The translations under genes were made by a program, and so were the position numbers. A stretch of DNA of 64,000 bases from a virus. Lineage: Duplodnaviria > Caudoviricetes. Every line of letters starts with the position of its first letter. Within the stretch, counting starts at the first letter, position 1. Under the pieces are notes generated by a model that had not been told where the DNA came from, did no database searches, and was given only the letters and a program-made list of their open reading frames with translations. The stretch is from positions 39,596 to 103,595 of IMG/VR virus record IMGVR_UViG_3300021256_004135; one strand, 5' to 3'. Positions 1-8,879 of this stretch are shown one piece after another.

Positions 1-63
1 GCCAAACACCACGCAGTCCGTGGCTACCGCAGGATGGGGATATTCGTATTCGTATTTTGCCAT
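1..63 (-). CDS. 5' fragment of Nudix hydrolase / NrtR-like regulator (runs off left edge)
   Basis: Reverse complement of 1-63 reads MAKYEYEYPHPAVATDCVVFG, the typical N-terminus of Bacteroidetes Nudix/NrtR proteins; too short for the ORF track. Confidence 0.7.
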   Translation of the reverse strand, partial: MAKYEYEYPHPAVATDCVVFG

Positions 64-83
64 AATCGTATGCAATCTTTTGA

Positions 84-238
84 TGCGTAAATTTTACGCA
101 AAAGTACAACTTAAATTCAAACTGACAAAATATTTTTGCGTATTTTTTACGCAATGTAAAATAATTCACTTGTATTCAAAATGATAGTATTGAAAATATT
201 TTTGAATACCACGCTAAATATTGCGTATTTTTTACGCA
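84..238. promoter_or_regulatory. Three palindromic operators TGCGTA-W5-TACGCA (84-100, 137-153, 222-238) around a minus-strand TAnnTTTG promoter (98-106)
   Basis: Three exact palindromes seen directly; the GT-N7-AC core matches NrtR-type boxes. Confidence 0.75.
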
Positions 239-257
239 TTTTTGGCCATTAAAACAC

Positions 258-290
258 AAAAAATGCCCACCACGCACACGCATGATGGGC
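258..290 (-). terminator. Intrinsic terminator after the amidotransferase gene
   Basis: Minus-strand hairpin gcccatcatgc-gtgt-gcgtggtgggc followed by a T-run. Confidence 0.7.
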
Positions 291-315
291 TGCTAACAAA
301 GATGAAGACTCGCCG

Positions 316-843
316 TTACCAGCGGCGATAGTAGCACCAATTTAGGTTAGAGTAATATACGCCGTCAAGCCGGTGCCATGAGCCAAAGAGTTTCACCTCG
401 TCACCGCGCATGAAGATGAAACGCGATGCACCGCGCTTGCGGTCTACATAATCCCACAACTTCTTGTTGCCCCACCCAACGACCTCTAATTTAGGCAGAA
501 ATAGCTCTCTAAAGAAGATTTCGCTGTCGGTCATATCATCGTGCGACTCGATGGGCAAAATGCCGTTATGGGCAAACCACACGCCGCTTTCGCGGTCAAA
601 GAACGGATGGCAGTTGGCACGGCTGACTGAGCCGTGGGTGGCCAGTCTAAAATGGATGATGCAGTCGGCACTCTTCTTGCGCTTCTGTATGGCCTTGGTA
701 AAGTACCGAAACGAAAGAGTCTTGCAGCAATGTCCGTCGCTGTCGGCAAAGCCGATGCCGTGGCGGTTATACATAAAGACGGCTTCTAACGTCTGTATTG
801 TCGGCGTTTCTACGCCTGCAGGGATATAAAGGATGCAGCACAT
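316..843 (-). CDS. Class II (Ntn) glutamine amidotransferase-like protein
   Basis: N-terminal MC, NxHGxG, HFRLATHG, NCHPF, HNG and TDSE motifs. Confidence 0.85.
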   Translation of the reverse strand: MCCILYIPAGVETPTIQTLEAVFMYNRHGIGFADSDGHCCKTLSFRYFTKAIQKRKKSADCIIHFRLATHGSVSRANCHPFFDRESGVWFAHNGILPIESHDDMTDSEIFFRELFLPKLEVVGWGNKKLWDYVDRKRGASRFIFMRGDEVKLFGSWHRLDGVYYSNLNWCYYRRW

Positions 844-883
844 AATTGATTGTATTTTGGTTGATTATTAGACATTTAACTTG

Positions 884-1831
884 TTAAGCAGAAAGTAACT
901 GGTCTACCATTGCCATGCCTGCAAAGGCGTTGGCACGGTCTTTGAAAAAGCTCTTTTCATCGTCAGTCAAGAAAGGCACATCGTCAATAGAGCGGACTGG
1001 CGCATTGAGACGGTGGTCGGCTGACCAATGCACCAGTTTGATGCAGAAACGCGCCCAATAACTGATTTTGTCATAGTCGGTTGTGCCTTGGTGATGGCGA
1101 AACTCAATAGTGTGGTGTCTGCCCCACGCCTCGCAGTTGATTTTATAGTAGCGGTCATGGTTCATGGCCTCGCCAACTTGTCTAAAGGTACGCGCGCGCA
1201 CAATAGAGTCCACGTTGCCGCCAAGTTTCTTGGCATAGTAATTCTCGCGGCGGCTGGGTGACATAAAAGAGTCAATGACGCTTTCAAGGTAATAGTAGTT
1301 TGCAAAGGTGTTGCCGTATTGTTTTTCGGTGATACGACCGCCTACATGGATATGCAGGCCAGTCGAGCGGTTGACCATTGCACCACATTCACGCAGCGAG
1401 GCGCAGCAGGCTTTCAAGGTGTCGAAACCGCCTCTCGCGCCGTTGAGGATGGGCGAAACGCACTCGATGGGATTCTCGCCTCGGATAGAGCCGTCCGAAA
1501 CCAGTTTATAGTACGTGTCATTGTCGCGGTGGTTGTAACCCTCGCTGTGCATTTCAAGTCCGCGCTCGGTGGCCTTATTTATAAGTTCATTCACGCGCAC
1601 GTGATAGCACTCAATCTCTACGCCGAAGGTGTACCGCGCCAGTATTTGGTCGATGGTGTACTCTACGACTGGCCGTGCCGCCCTGCCCTCTCGTCCGGCC
1701 ATACGCTCGGCGAAAAAGAGATTTTGAATGTCGGTGGCCGTGAGACCGATTTTGAGCAACTTCTCGCGCTTCACATCGTGCGAGGTGTCCTCTTTCATAA
1801 TTTCGTTGGCTTGCTCTCTAATTGTCTTCAT
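884..1831 (-). CDS. Putative amidoligase (COOH-NH2 ligase type 2)
   Basis: TFGVEIE, DGSI, ECVSP, STGLHIHVG, RYYKIN and TIEFRHHQGT motifs; start taken at MKTIRE. Confidence 0.85.
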   Translation of the reverse strand: MKTIREQANEIMKEDTSHDVKREKLLKIGLTATDIQNLFFAERMAGREGRAARPVVEYTIDQILARYTFGVEIECYHVRVNELINKATERGLEMHSEGYNHRDNDTYYKLVSDGSIRGENPIECVSPILNGARGGFDTLKACCASLRECGAMVNRSTGLHIHVGGRITEKQYGNTFANYYYLESVIDSFMSPSRRENYYAKKLGGNVDSIVRARTFRQVGEAMNHDRYYKINCEAWGRHHTIEFRHHQGTTDYDKISYWARFCIKLVHWSADHRLNAPVRSIDDVPFLTDDEKSFFKDRANAFAGMAMVDQLLSA

Positions 1832-1880
1832 AGTTGTTAGTTTTTTAATTGTTATTATACTATTTGTTTTAACTTTCGGA

Positions 1881-2081
1881 TGCAAAATTACAACAATTAT
1901 TTTAATTGGCAAAATTATTTTGCATAAAAATTAAACATTTAACATTAACCGAAATGCAACTAACTTAAAATGAACACAATAATTTTTTGAGCAGTAATTA
2001 AAATTAACATTTTAATAGGCCAATTTTCGCTGCAAAAAGAAAATATTTTTTGTCAATTAAAATAATTATTGTAATTTTGCA
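1881..2081. promoter_or_regulatory. Back-to-back Bacteroidetes promoters forming a 34-bp inverted repeat (1881-1914 / 2048-2081)
   Basis: 32/34 identity between the arms; each has TTTG...TAnnTTTG pointing outward. Confidence 0.75.
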
Positions 2082-2105
2082 GCGAAATTAAAACAACAAT
2101 TTAAT

Positions 2106-2411
2106 ATGAATATAAGAGATAATGTTAAGAGGTGTTGCGACTTACGGGGAATAACCCAGAAAGAACTGGCCGCAAAATTGGGAGTGACTGACATCAGTCT
2201 CAACGCCACGCTCAAAGAAGGCAGAGACCCGCGCGTCAGCACCGTGAAGAAAATCGCCGACGCCCTGGAGGTGGACATCGCCGAGTTGCTCTCCGACCGT
2301 CCGCAGCAGACCATCGAGCCGGAGGTGGTGCATGTTCCGTACATCCGCTGCCCCCATTGCGGCAAGGAGATAGACGTGTTTGTCAAGCCCCGTGAGGAGC
2401 AGCAAGCCTGA
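2106..2411 (+). CDS. XRE-family HTH regulator with C-terminal CPHCG knuckle
   Basis: ITQKELAAKLGV...KIADALEV helix-turn-helix. Confidence 0.85.
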   Translation: MNIRDNVKRCCDLRGITQKELAAKLGVTDISLNATLKEGRDPRVSTVKKIADALEVDIAELLSDRPQQTIEPEVVHVPYIRCPHCGKEIDVFVKPREEQQA

Positions 2412-2434
2412 CCATATCCGCGACATACGGACAT

Positions 2435-2462
2435 AAAAAAAGCCCGCACACCGGCGGGCTTT
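2435..2462. terminator. Bidirectional intrinsic terminator
   Basis: aaagcccgc-acaccg-gcgggcttt with a flanking A-run, between convergent genes. Confidence 0.75.
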
Positions 2463-2480
2463 AACTCTTGTTCCCATCAA

Positions 2481-3764
2481 TCAAAACGGGACATCCTCCT
2501 CTTCCAACATTCCCTCTTCGACACTCTGAACGCTCCTGGTCTCTGTGGAGAGTTGCATGTCCTGCAGCTCCTCAAAAGACAAGAGTTTGCGATACTTGTC
2601 CGGCAACGGACTCTCTCCGAGCATTCCCACATTCACCATCTGATATATCCGCATCAGCCAATCTCGTATCTCCGACGGAACGAGTTCTGGATACGCATCG
2701 TCCATGGTTACGAAAAAACGTGCCGCCAGAACCTTGTTCAATTCGGCAAACCGCACTATGGCTTCGGCCATTCCCAACTGCCCCATCGCCCATAAAGCCA
2801 GTCCCACACCATCAAAGGAGAGAAGCGAGCGGTCGTGGCCAATGCGTGGCTTGTCTTCTATGCCGAAATACCTCGGAAGATAAAACCCCTTCACGTCCAG
2901 CCAGTAATTCCAGTAATAAGTTCCATCCAGACCTCGGAAGTCATCTATCCGAAAGTATTCTTTGTCTTCGGCATTGAAACGGACGACTGAATCATTGACC
3001 TCACCCCATGTCAGAATATACGACACTTCCGATGCTATGCTTCTGTACATCATCTTTTCGATGTCGCTATATCTCTCTTCCATTCTCAATGAAAGGATTG
3101 TCCTCAACTTCTCCGTGGGGGTGAGCCGGTCAAGACGCACCTCTTCTGGATGCTCTGCCCCAATGCGTTTGTACACCCAATCCAGTCCTTTGATACTCGC
3201 AAGCCTATCCCTATGGCGATAGATGTACTCCGTAGGGAAATGCGCCAGTATCGCGGTGGCGGCATCGTCATCCCCCGACTCGAAGGCTTGCGCCACACCC
3301 TCGGAATAGCACTCTTCCCAATGTCTGCTGATTTTGGAGTATGCCCACTGGCGTTCTTTCTTGGTCGGCTGATGTAGCATGAAGAGGACAATTTTTCTCT
3401 TGCCGTTCTCCGATGCAAGACGGTACCTGGTCTTCAACTGTTCCCGAAGCAGCCCCTTGCGCTTGCATCCCTCGGATGACAGTTCCTTCATCGTGGCCTC
3501 GATGGGTTTGTTCTGCTTCTGTGCGAGACGGTGTTCCAATCCTCTGCGCCTGACGAGGCCGAGGAACATGCTGTAACGCGGACTACCATTTCTCTCGCGA
3601 CCGACCACCATAGCAACGCCTCTGTTGAAGTAATAATCCTCCACAAGGTCAAGCAGTTCATTGTCAGGGAGCGTCACAGCAAGGGTGTATACCACCTTGT
3701 TGGAGCCGTGGCTGTCCTGCTGCCAGTATTCATCTATCCGTTTCCTTGTCTCTTTCGGTGTCAT
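2481..3764 (-). CDS. Hypothetical helical protein with acidic C-terminal DVPF tail
   Basis: 427-aa ORF 15 nt downstream of dnaB. Confidence 0.7.
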   Translation of the reverse strand: MTPKETRKRIDEYWQQDSHGSNKVVYTLAVTLPDNELLDLVEDYYFNRGVAMVVGRERNGSPRYSMFLGLVRRRGLEHRLAQKQNKPIEATMKELSSEGCKRKGLLREQLKTRYRLASENGKRKIVLFMLHQPTKKERQWAYSKISRHWEECYSEGVAQAFESGDDDAATAILAHFPTEYIYRHRDRLASIKGLDWVYKRIGAEHPEEVRLDRLTPTEKLRTILSLRMEERYSDIEKMMYRSIASEVSYILTWGEVNDSVVRFNAEDKEYFRIDDFRGLDGTYYWNYWLDVKGFYLPRYFGIEDKPRIGHDRSLLSFDGVGLALWAMGQLGMAEAIVRFAELNKVLAARFFVTMDDAYPELVPSEIRDWLMRIYQMVNVGMLGESPLPDKYRKLLSFEELQDMQLSTETRSVQSVEEGMLEEEDVPF

Positions 3765-3779
3765 TGTGAGTGGTTTTTG

Positions 3780-5372
3780 TTATGAAAAATCCAGGTCGTT
3801 GTCGGTGGGCATTTGAGGCGGAATGTACGGCGGCTCCGTCTTGTCTTCTATTATCGGAGGCAAAATGGGGTTGCCGTCATTGTCCACCTGCATCTCACCA
3901 GCAGGGTTGTCGAAGTTGTCATTCGGCTTTATCTCCGCGTTCATCTTGGAGTCGTATATCACCGGCTCGTTGAATACTGGGAAATCACGGAACCTCACGT
4001 ATTTGCCCTCAAACATCAGCGGACACACTCCCGTGTCGCCGGAACGGAACTTCAATATATGGATATTGGCCAGATTCACCGTGCTGTTACCATTCTCATC
4101 CTGCTCCATACCATATTTCTCCGGCCTATGGATAGCCATCACAATGTCCGCATCCTGCTCGATGGCACCCGACTCACGCAAGTCCGACAACATAGGTATA
4201 GCCATTGGGCGGTCTTCCACCTTACGACTGAGCTGCGACATGGCCAGAACAGGAATTTCCAACTCCTTCGACATCTCCTTCAACTGGCGAGAGATGTTGC
4301 TGATTTCCTGCTCACGGTTACGGTTTCTGTTGGCATCGGGCGCACCGTTCATCAACTGGAGATAGTCGATGAACACCATCTTGATGCCGTAACGCTGTTT
4401 CAGCCTACGGCATTTTGCGCGCATCTGGAAGATGTCAATTCCAGCGCTGTCGTCAATGTAAAGCGGAGCCTTTCTCAAACTCAATATCTTGTCGGCCATA
4501 CGTTCTTTCTCAAACTTGTTCAGATTGGCTGACTTACGCAGCCTGCTGGCCGGTATCTCCGTCTCCGCCGACAACAGACGCGCCACCAGCTCGTCTCCAG
4601 TCATCTCCAGAGAGAAGTAGGCCACAGGCTTATGGAAGTTTACGGCGATATTCTTTGCCATCGTGAGGCCGCAAGCCGTTTTGCCCATAGCAGGACGGGC
4701 GGCAAGAATGATAAGGGTACCTGGCTGGAATCCCGCTATGCGGCGGTCAAGTTCCATGAAGCCAGACAATACGCTGCGGTCATCCTCCGGCTTTTCCGAC
4801 AGAAACGTCTTCTGCGCATTGCTCATCAGAGAGTCCATGCTTTGGCTGTCGCGGCTGAAACTCTTCTCGCTCACTTCCATCAAACCCTTTTGTGCATCGT
4901 CAAGCAGTTGCACCACATCGCACGTTTCATCGTAGGCCGCCTTGATACTTTCCGTAGAGGTACGTATCACCTCACGCTGCATATATTTCTCCGTCAGGAT
5001 CTGCAAATGGTATTCCATGTGGGCGGCGGACACCACATTGGATGTGAGCTGCGAGATATAGAATGCGCCGCCCGCCGCCTCCAGATTTCCCTCTCTGCGC
5101 AGTTCCTCCACAACCGTCAGCATATCCACGTCATACTTGCAGTTCATCAGCATCCGTATGGCGGAGAAGATGATTTGATGCTCCGTCTTGTAAAACAGCC
5201 CCTCGTGCATATCGTATATATGACCGAACAGAGCCTCCTGGTCGAGCATCATCGCCCCAAGTACGCTTTTCTCCAACTCCACGGCCTGCGGCGGCACCAT
5301 GCCGTTTATCTCACCCGCCTGCGCGAAGGTGAGCCGCGTTTTCCTTCTTTGTAATGTATTAGTGTTTTCCAT
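3780..5372 (-). CDS. dnaB: Replicative DNA helicase
   Basis: PPQAVELEKSVLG N-domain; AARPAMGKT Walker A, FSLEM, IDYLQLM, SQLSR, LRESGAIEQDAD. Confidence 0.95.
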   Translation of the reverse strand: MENTNTLQRRKTRLTFAQAGEINGMVPPQAVELEKSVLGAMMLDQEALFGHIYDMHEGLFYKTEHQIIFSAIRMLMNCKYDVDMLTVVEELRREGNLEAAGGAFYISQLTSNVVSAAHMEYHLQILTEKYMQREVIRTSTESIKAAYDETCDVVQLLDDAQKGLMEVSEKSFSRDSQSMDSLMSNAQKTFLSEKPEDDRSVLSGFMELDRRIAGFQPGTLIILAARPAMGKTACGLTMAKNIAVNFHKPVAYFSLEMTGDELVARLLSAETEIPASRLRKSANLNKFEKERMADKILSLRKAPLYIDDSAGIDIFQMRAKCRRLKQRYGIKMVFIDYLQLMNGAPDANRNRNREQEISNISRQLKEMSKELEIPVLAMSQLSRKVEDRPMAIPMLSDLRESGAIEQDADIVMAIHRPEKYGMEQDENGNSTVNLANIHILKFRSGDTGVCPLMFEGKYVRFRDFPVFNEPVIYDSKMNAEIKPNDNFDNPAGEMQVDNDGNPILPPIIEDKTEPPYIPPQMPTDNDLDFS

Positions 5373-5395
5373 ATTGTGCTTGCAGTGTTATTATA

Positions 5396-6058
5396 CTATT
5401 GTCCATATTTCATTATCTTATAGATTTTATCCGCTTGATCCTGGCTGCGGAAGGCCAGATTGTCCAAACCGTCGAAGAACTCCTTGGAGGGTTCCCGCTG
5501 TCTCTCTTCCCGATGCAATGCCACGAGATACGCCGCGAATACCTTCTCCACCAGAGACTCCAACACACCATCCTCTGGATAGCGGCGGTAGTCGTAGTCC
5601 GTGAAGTTGTCAAAGCCCCACCACTCGATGAACTCCGCCAGCCGTGGCCACAGACCGCCGAGCCGGATGAACGCCTTCACCATCGCGGAATAGGACTCCG
5701 ACGGCTTGTCGAATGGCATCTCTCTGATGGTAGAGAACAACACGTCGCCGAACTGCGGCGTGAACCACTGCATCTGCCAACTGTCGGAGACTATGTCACG
5801 CACCGGCCATGCCACCGCACCCCAGAGTTTCTTGTCATCCTGCGGAACATTCAGTTCCTTGAACTCTTCCAGCAACTGTATGAACTTATTCCTGGCATAA
5901 GCCCGCGCATTGGCTTTCATCATCTTAATCAGAAGCCACGCAATGGTGTTCTTCGGCCACCGAAGATTGGGGTTGGCATCCCAGTCCGCACGCGCTATCT
6001 TGTAGGCGGCGGAGTAATCCTCAAGGTCTTGGAAGTATTTCATCTGTTTGTAAGACAT
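5396..6058 (-). CDS. Hypothetical helical-repeat protein (resembles DUF7017-type N-terminal regions)
   Basis: KPSESYSAMVKAF...EFIEWWGFDNF pattern; family recalled from memory, unverified. Confidence 0.5.
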   Translation of the reverse strand: MSYKQMKYFQDLEDYSAAYKIARADWDANPNLRWPKNTIAWLLIKMMKANARAYARNKFIQLLEEFKELNVPQDDKKLWGAVAWPVRDIVSDSWQMQWFTPQFGDVLFSTIREMPFDKPSESYSAMVKAFIRLGGLWPRLAEFIEWWGFDNFTDYDYRRYPEDGVLESLVEKVFAAYLVALHREERQREPSKEFFDGLDNLAFRSQDQADKIYKIMKYGQ

Positions 6059-6088
6059 AGTCTTATCCGCTTTATTATCATTGTATTT

Positions 6089-6520
6089 CTATTCCGTTTT
6101 GGGGATGTCCGGCAACCTCAACACCAATTCCAATTTATCCAAGTCTATAGAGGCATTGAGTAGCCTCATCAAGAACATCCCGATGATGCCGTTCATACCC
6201 AAACCACACTCCCGAAGAGATTCGTTGATTGCCCTGGTGTCAGTACCGGCGCATGGTATGTCGGTCAACAGCACAGCGTTAAGGTTGAATGCCACATTAT
6301 ATGAGTGTGATACAGAGGAGTTTCCCATAAGCGACGTGGCATTGTTTATGATAGGAGGTATCTCCTCCGCACCTATCTCCTTGGCAAATGTCTCGTCGAT
6401 GAAGCAGACATTAGCCCCCGTGTCCACGAGGAAGTACCCCTCGTGGTCGTTCACGATGAGTTTAACCAACGGCATATCAGCGGTTTTTACCCCTTCCTCA
6501 AAAGATAGATTCAAGTTCAT
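6089..6520 (-). CDS. Retropepsin-like aspartyl protease
   Basis: FLVDTGA catalytic motif and GIIG motif. Confidence 0.8.
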   Translation of the reverse strand: MNLNLSFEEGVKTADMPLVKLIVNDHEGYFLVDTGANVCFIDETFAKEIGAEEIPPIINNATSLMGNSSVSHSYNVAFNLNAVLLTDIPCAGTDTRAINESLRECGLGMNGIIGMFLMRLLNASIDLDKLELVLRLPDIPKTE

Positions 6521-6858
6521 ATCTCTAATTATTAGATTGTTGCAAAATTTCACATTGTTGTTTGTATTCTGGCATCACGCTAACTTTCATGTTCTGTAGC
6601 CCCTTATATTCCGACCTTCATCGGCTCGTCCGTCTGCAAAAATAAGGCATAAAACAATACCCTTTTTCAACATCGGCCTGAAGTTATAAACTCTGCGTAT
6701 CGCACAGTATAACAACAAAATACATTTCAATTATATTCCTCTTATTTTCAGTCGTCAAGCCTTACACCCTTCTCCAAGCATCACGTTGTCAGCATCGGAT
6801 TTTTTTATCAACACCACCCTCGTATGGTTTCTTATGAACAGGTTGAAAACTTTCTCCG

Positions 6859-7302
6859 TCAGAAGGGTGTGTTGTCATCGTCCCACGGCAGGTCATTCTC
6901 ATGTGGAAGTATCTCTGACGGCTGGTTTTGTGTCTGTTGCGTACCGCTTGCTGGGTTCCATGTATAGGTCGGCGCGACACTGATGGGGGCCGTGCCTGCA
7001 GGTGGTGGAGTTGTCGCAGCAGCGGCCACATACTGCATGATGTTGAAGCACCGCAGCGTAGTGTAGTAGTTGCCGTTCTTGGCCTCACGGCTCTCGGCGT
7101 AGAAACTGACCCTTACCGGCTCCCCGATATTGATACCGTTGAGCATAGAAAGGCGTTCCTCACCGAACAGCTCGAATGCAACTGGGCGAGGATAGTCGCC
7201 GTCACGCATGATGACGAAACCGCCCTTCATCTTCTTGGTGCCGTCTCCAAACGTCACCTCCTCCTGCTGGAGGATTCTGTACATTGTTCCGTTGATTTCC
7301 AT
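6859..7302 (-). CDS. DUF3127 family OB-fold, SSB-like protein
   Basis: YPRPVAFELFG...VRVSFYAESRE...YYTTLRC; low-complexity linker and DDDNTPF tail. Confidence 0.8.
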   Translation of the reverse strand: MEINGTMYRILQQEEVTFGDGTKKMKGGFVIMRDGDYPRPVAFELFGEERLSMLNGINIGEPVRVSFYAESREAKNGNYYTTLRCFNIMQYVAAAATTPPPAGTAPISVAPTYTWNPASGTQQTQNQPSEILPHENDLPWDDDNTPF

Positions 7303-7430
7303 AGTCATTTCATTTGATGATTTCTGGGTGCAAAAGTACCGTAAAACAAGACTGCCAGAAGAGCCGTGCAAGGCTTGCATTCCTAATTCATTCTTTTTTC
7401 GTATCTTTGCAGCAAAATTATAGAAGAATT

Positions 7431-8879
7431 ATGACTTGGTATTATATTGTCCTTATTGTTGTTGGAGTGCTTTTGCTCTCCCTGCTGGTATTTCTTGTTT
7501 GCAAAACCCTATGGGGGCATCATGTCAGATGGGAGGGCGGCTTTATTGGGTTTCTGCAAGCATTTGACTATGTGGCGCGTTTATATGCCATGAAATGGCA
7601 CATCTGGCGACCCAAGCCACTGAAAGTTTTGAAGAGACCGAACCATAAAGAGATTTCAAAAGACAAAAAGGACAAAGCCGACAAGACTATAAACAAAAGG
7701 GGTACTCTTTCTCCTGAAAAGATAGCAGAAATTGAGAGGAAGAACCAGGAATATGCTACAATAATGCAGAAAGAGAAAGAAGAGGAGAAGAAGTGGGATA
7801 GTGAAAATCTATTCCATGCGCGTGCCGCATTGCGTATCAACAAATCCATACCGTTCAATTTCGACTTGGGAGACAGCCACAAACGGCTGGCAATATACTA
7901 TGAGCAGAGTTATGACGAGAATATAAACAACTACATCAGAACCCACTACGAAGAGTTGGCTCACTTATTCAAGTCTTATTCGCATGACATTACATTTGTC
8001 TATTTCCCAATGATGCTGGAGAACATACAAGAATCCATCCAATACAACAATCCCGACGCGCTCATTGGTGACATTTCACATAACACTCCAGAGTCTTTAT
8101 ATAATATCATAACGGAGAACATTGTCAAGATACCGACAAGCAATCCGATGATTCTGATTACCGACTACTACAATTCCGCCGGCTATCCGAAAGAGAAACT
8201 CGGAGACACCGCAATGAGTTGTTTCTGTATTGAGTTGGAATACCAAAACGACGAACAATTTTCGGCAGTCCTTCAAAAACACGCGAAACAATTCAACCAC
8301 GATTACGCCGTCTTTTATCAGATACATACACCCAAAGGAAAGGATGTCGCGGACGGAACACCTATTAACGAGATTGCCAAAGAGATACAAACCCGCATAA
8401 ACCAGTTGTATGCAATGGGTGTGAGCGAGTATGTTATTGGCCAGATTGTATCGCTCCCCAAACCGAAATTGAGCCAGCTGCTCATCACCGAGGACTTCCG
8501 CATTATGCTTCCTGACTACAACAATATGGAAATCAAGATGCCCACATTATCAAAAACACTATTCCTCTTTTACCTCAACCATCCCGAAGGTGTGTTGTTC
8601 AAGGAGCTGCGAGACCATAAAAAGGAGCTGTCGGAAATCTACCGCAGCATATCACCGCTTGAGGATATGGATAAGATGAAGAAAAGCATCGAAGACATCG
8701 TGGACAGCACCAAGAACTCCGTAAACGAAAAATGCAGCAGAATTAGAGCCGCATTTGTATCACAATTTAATGATAACCTCGCCCAAAACTACTACATAAC
8801 CGGCTATTCTGGGAAACCCAAAAAGATAGCCCTTGATAGGTCTTTGGTCATTGACAAGTCCGGCCTTCTGAAATTATAG
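7431..8879 (+). CDS. Membrane-anchored conserved Bacteroidetes protein with putative C-terminal winged-helix
   Basis: N-terminal TM segment; C-terminal LPDYNNMEIKM...LFYLNHPEG...NEKCSRIRAAF block; TAnnTTTG promoter at ~7402. Confidence 0.7.
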   Translation: MTWYYIVLIVVGVLLLSLLVFLVCKTLWGHHVRWEGGFIGFLQAFDYVARLYAMKWHIWRPKPLKVLKRPNHKEISKDKKDKADKTINKRGTLSPEKIAEIERKNQEYATIMQKEKEEEKKWDSENLFHARAALRINKSIPFNFDLGDSHKRLAIYYEQSYDENINNYIRTHYEELAHLFKSYSHDITFVYFPMMLENIQESIQYNNPDALIGDISHNTPESLYNIITENIVKIPTSNPMILITDYYNSAGYPKEKLGDTAMSCFCIELEYQNDEQFSAVLQKHAKQFNHDYAVFYQIHTPKGKDVADGTPINEIAKEIQTRINQLYAMGVSEYVIGQIVSLPKPKLSQLLITEDFRIMLPDYNNMEIKMPTLSKTLFLFYLNHPEGVLFKELRDHKKELSEIYRSISPLEDMDKMKKSIEDIVDSTKNSVNEKCSRIRAAFVSQFNDNLAQNYYITGYSGKPKKIALDRSLVIDKSGLLKL

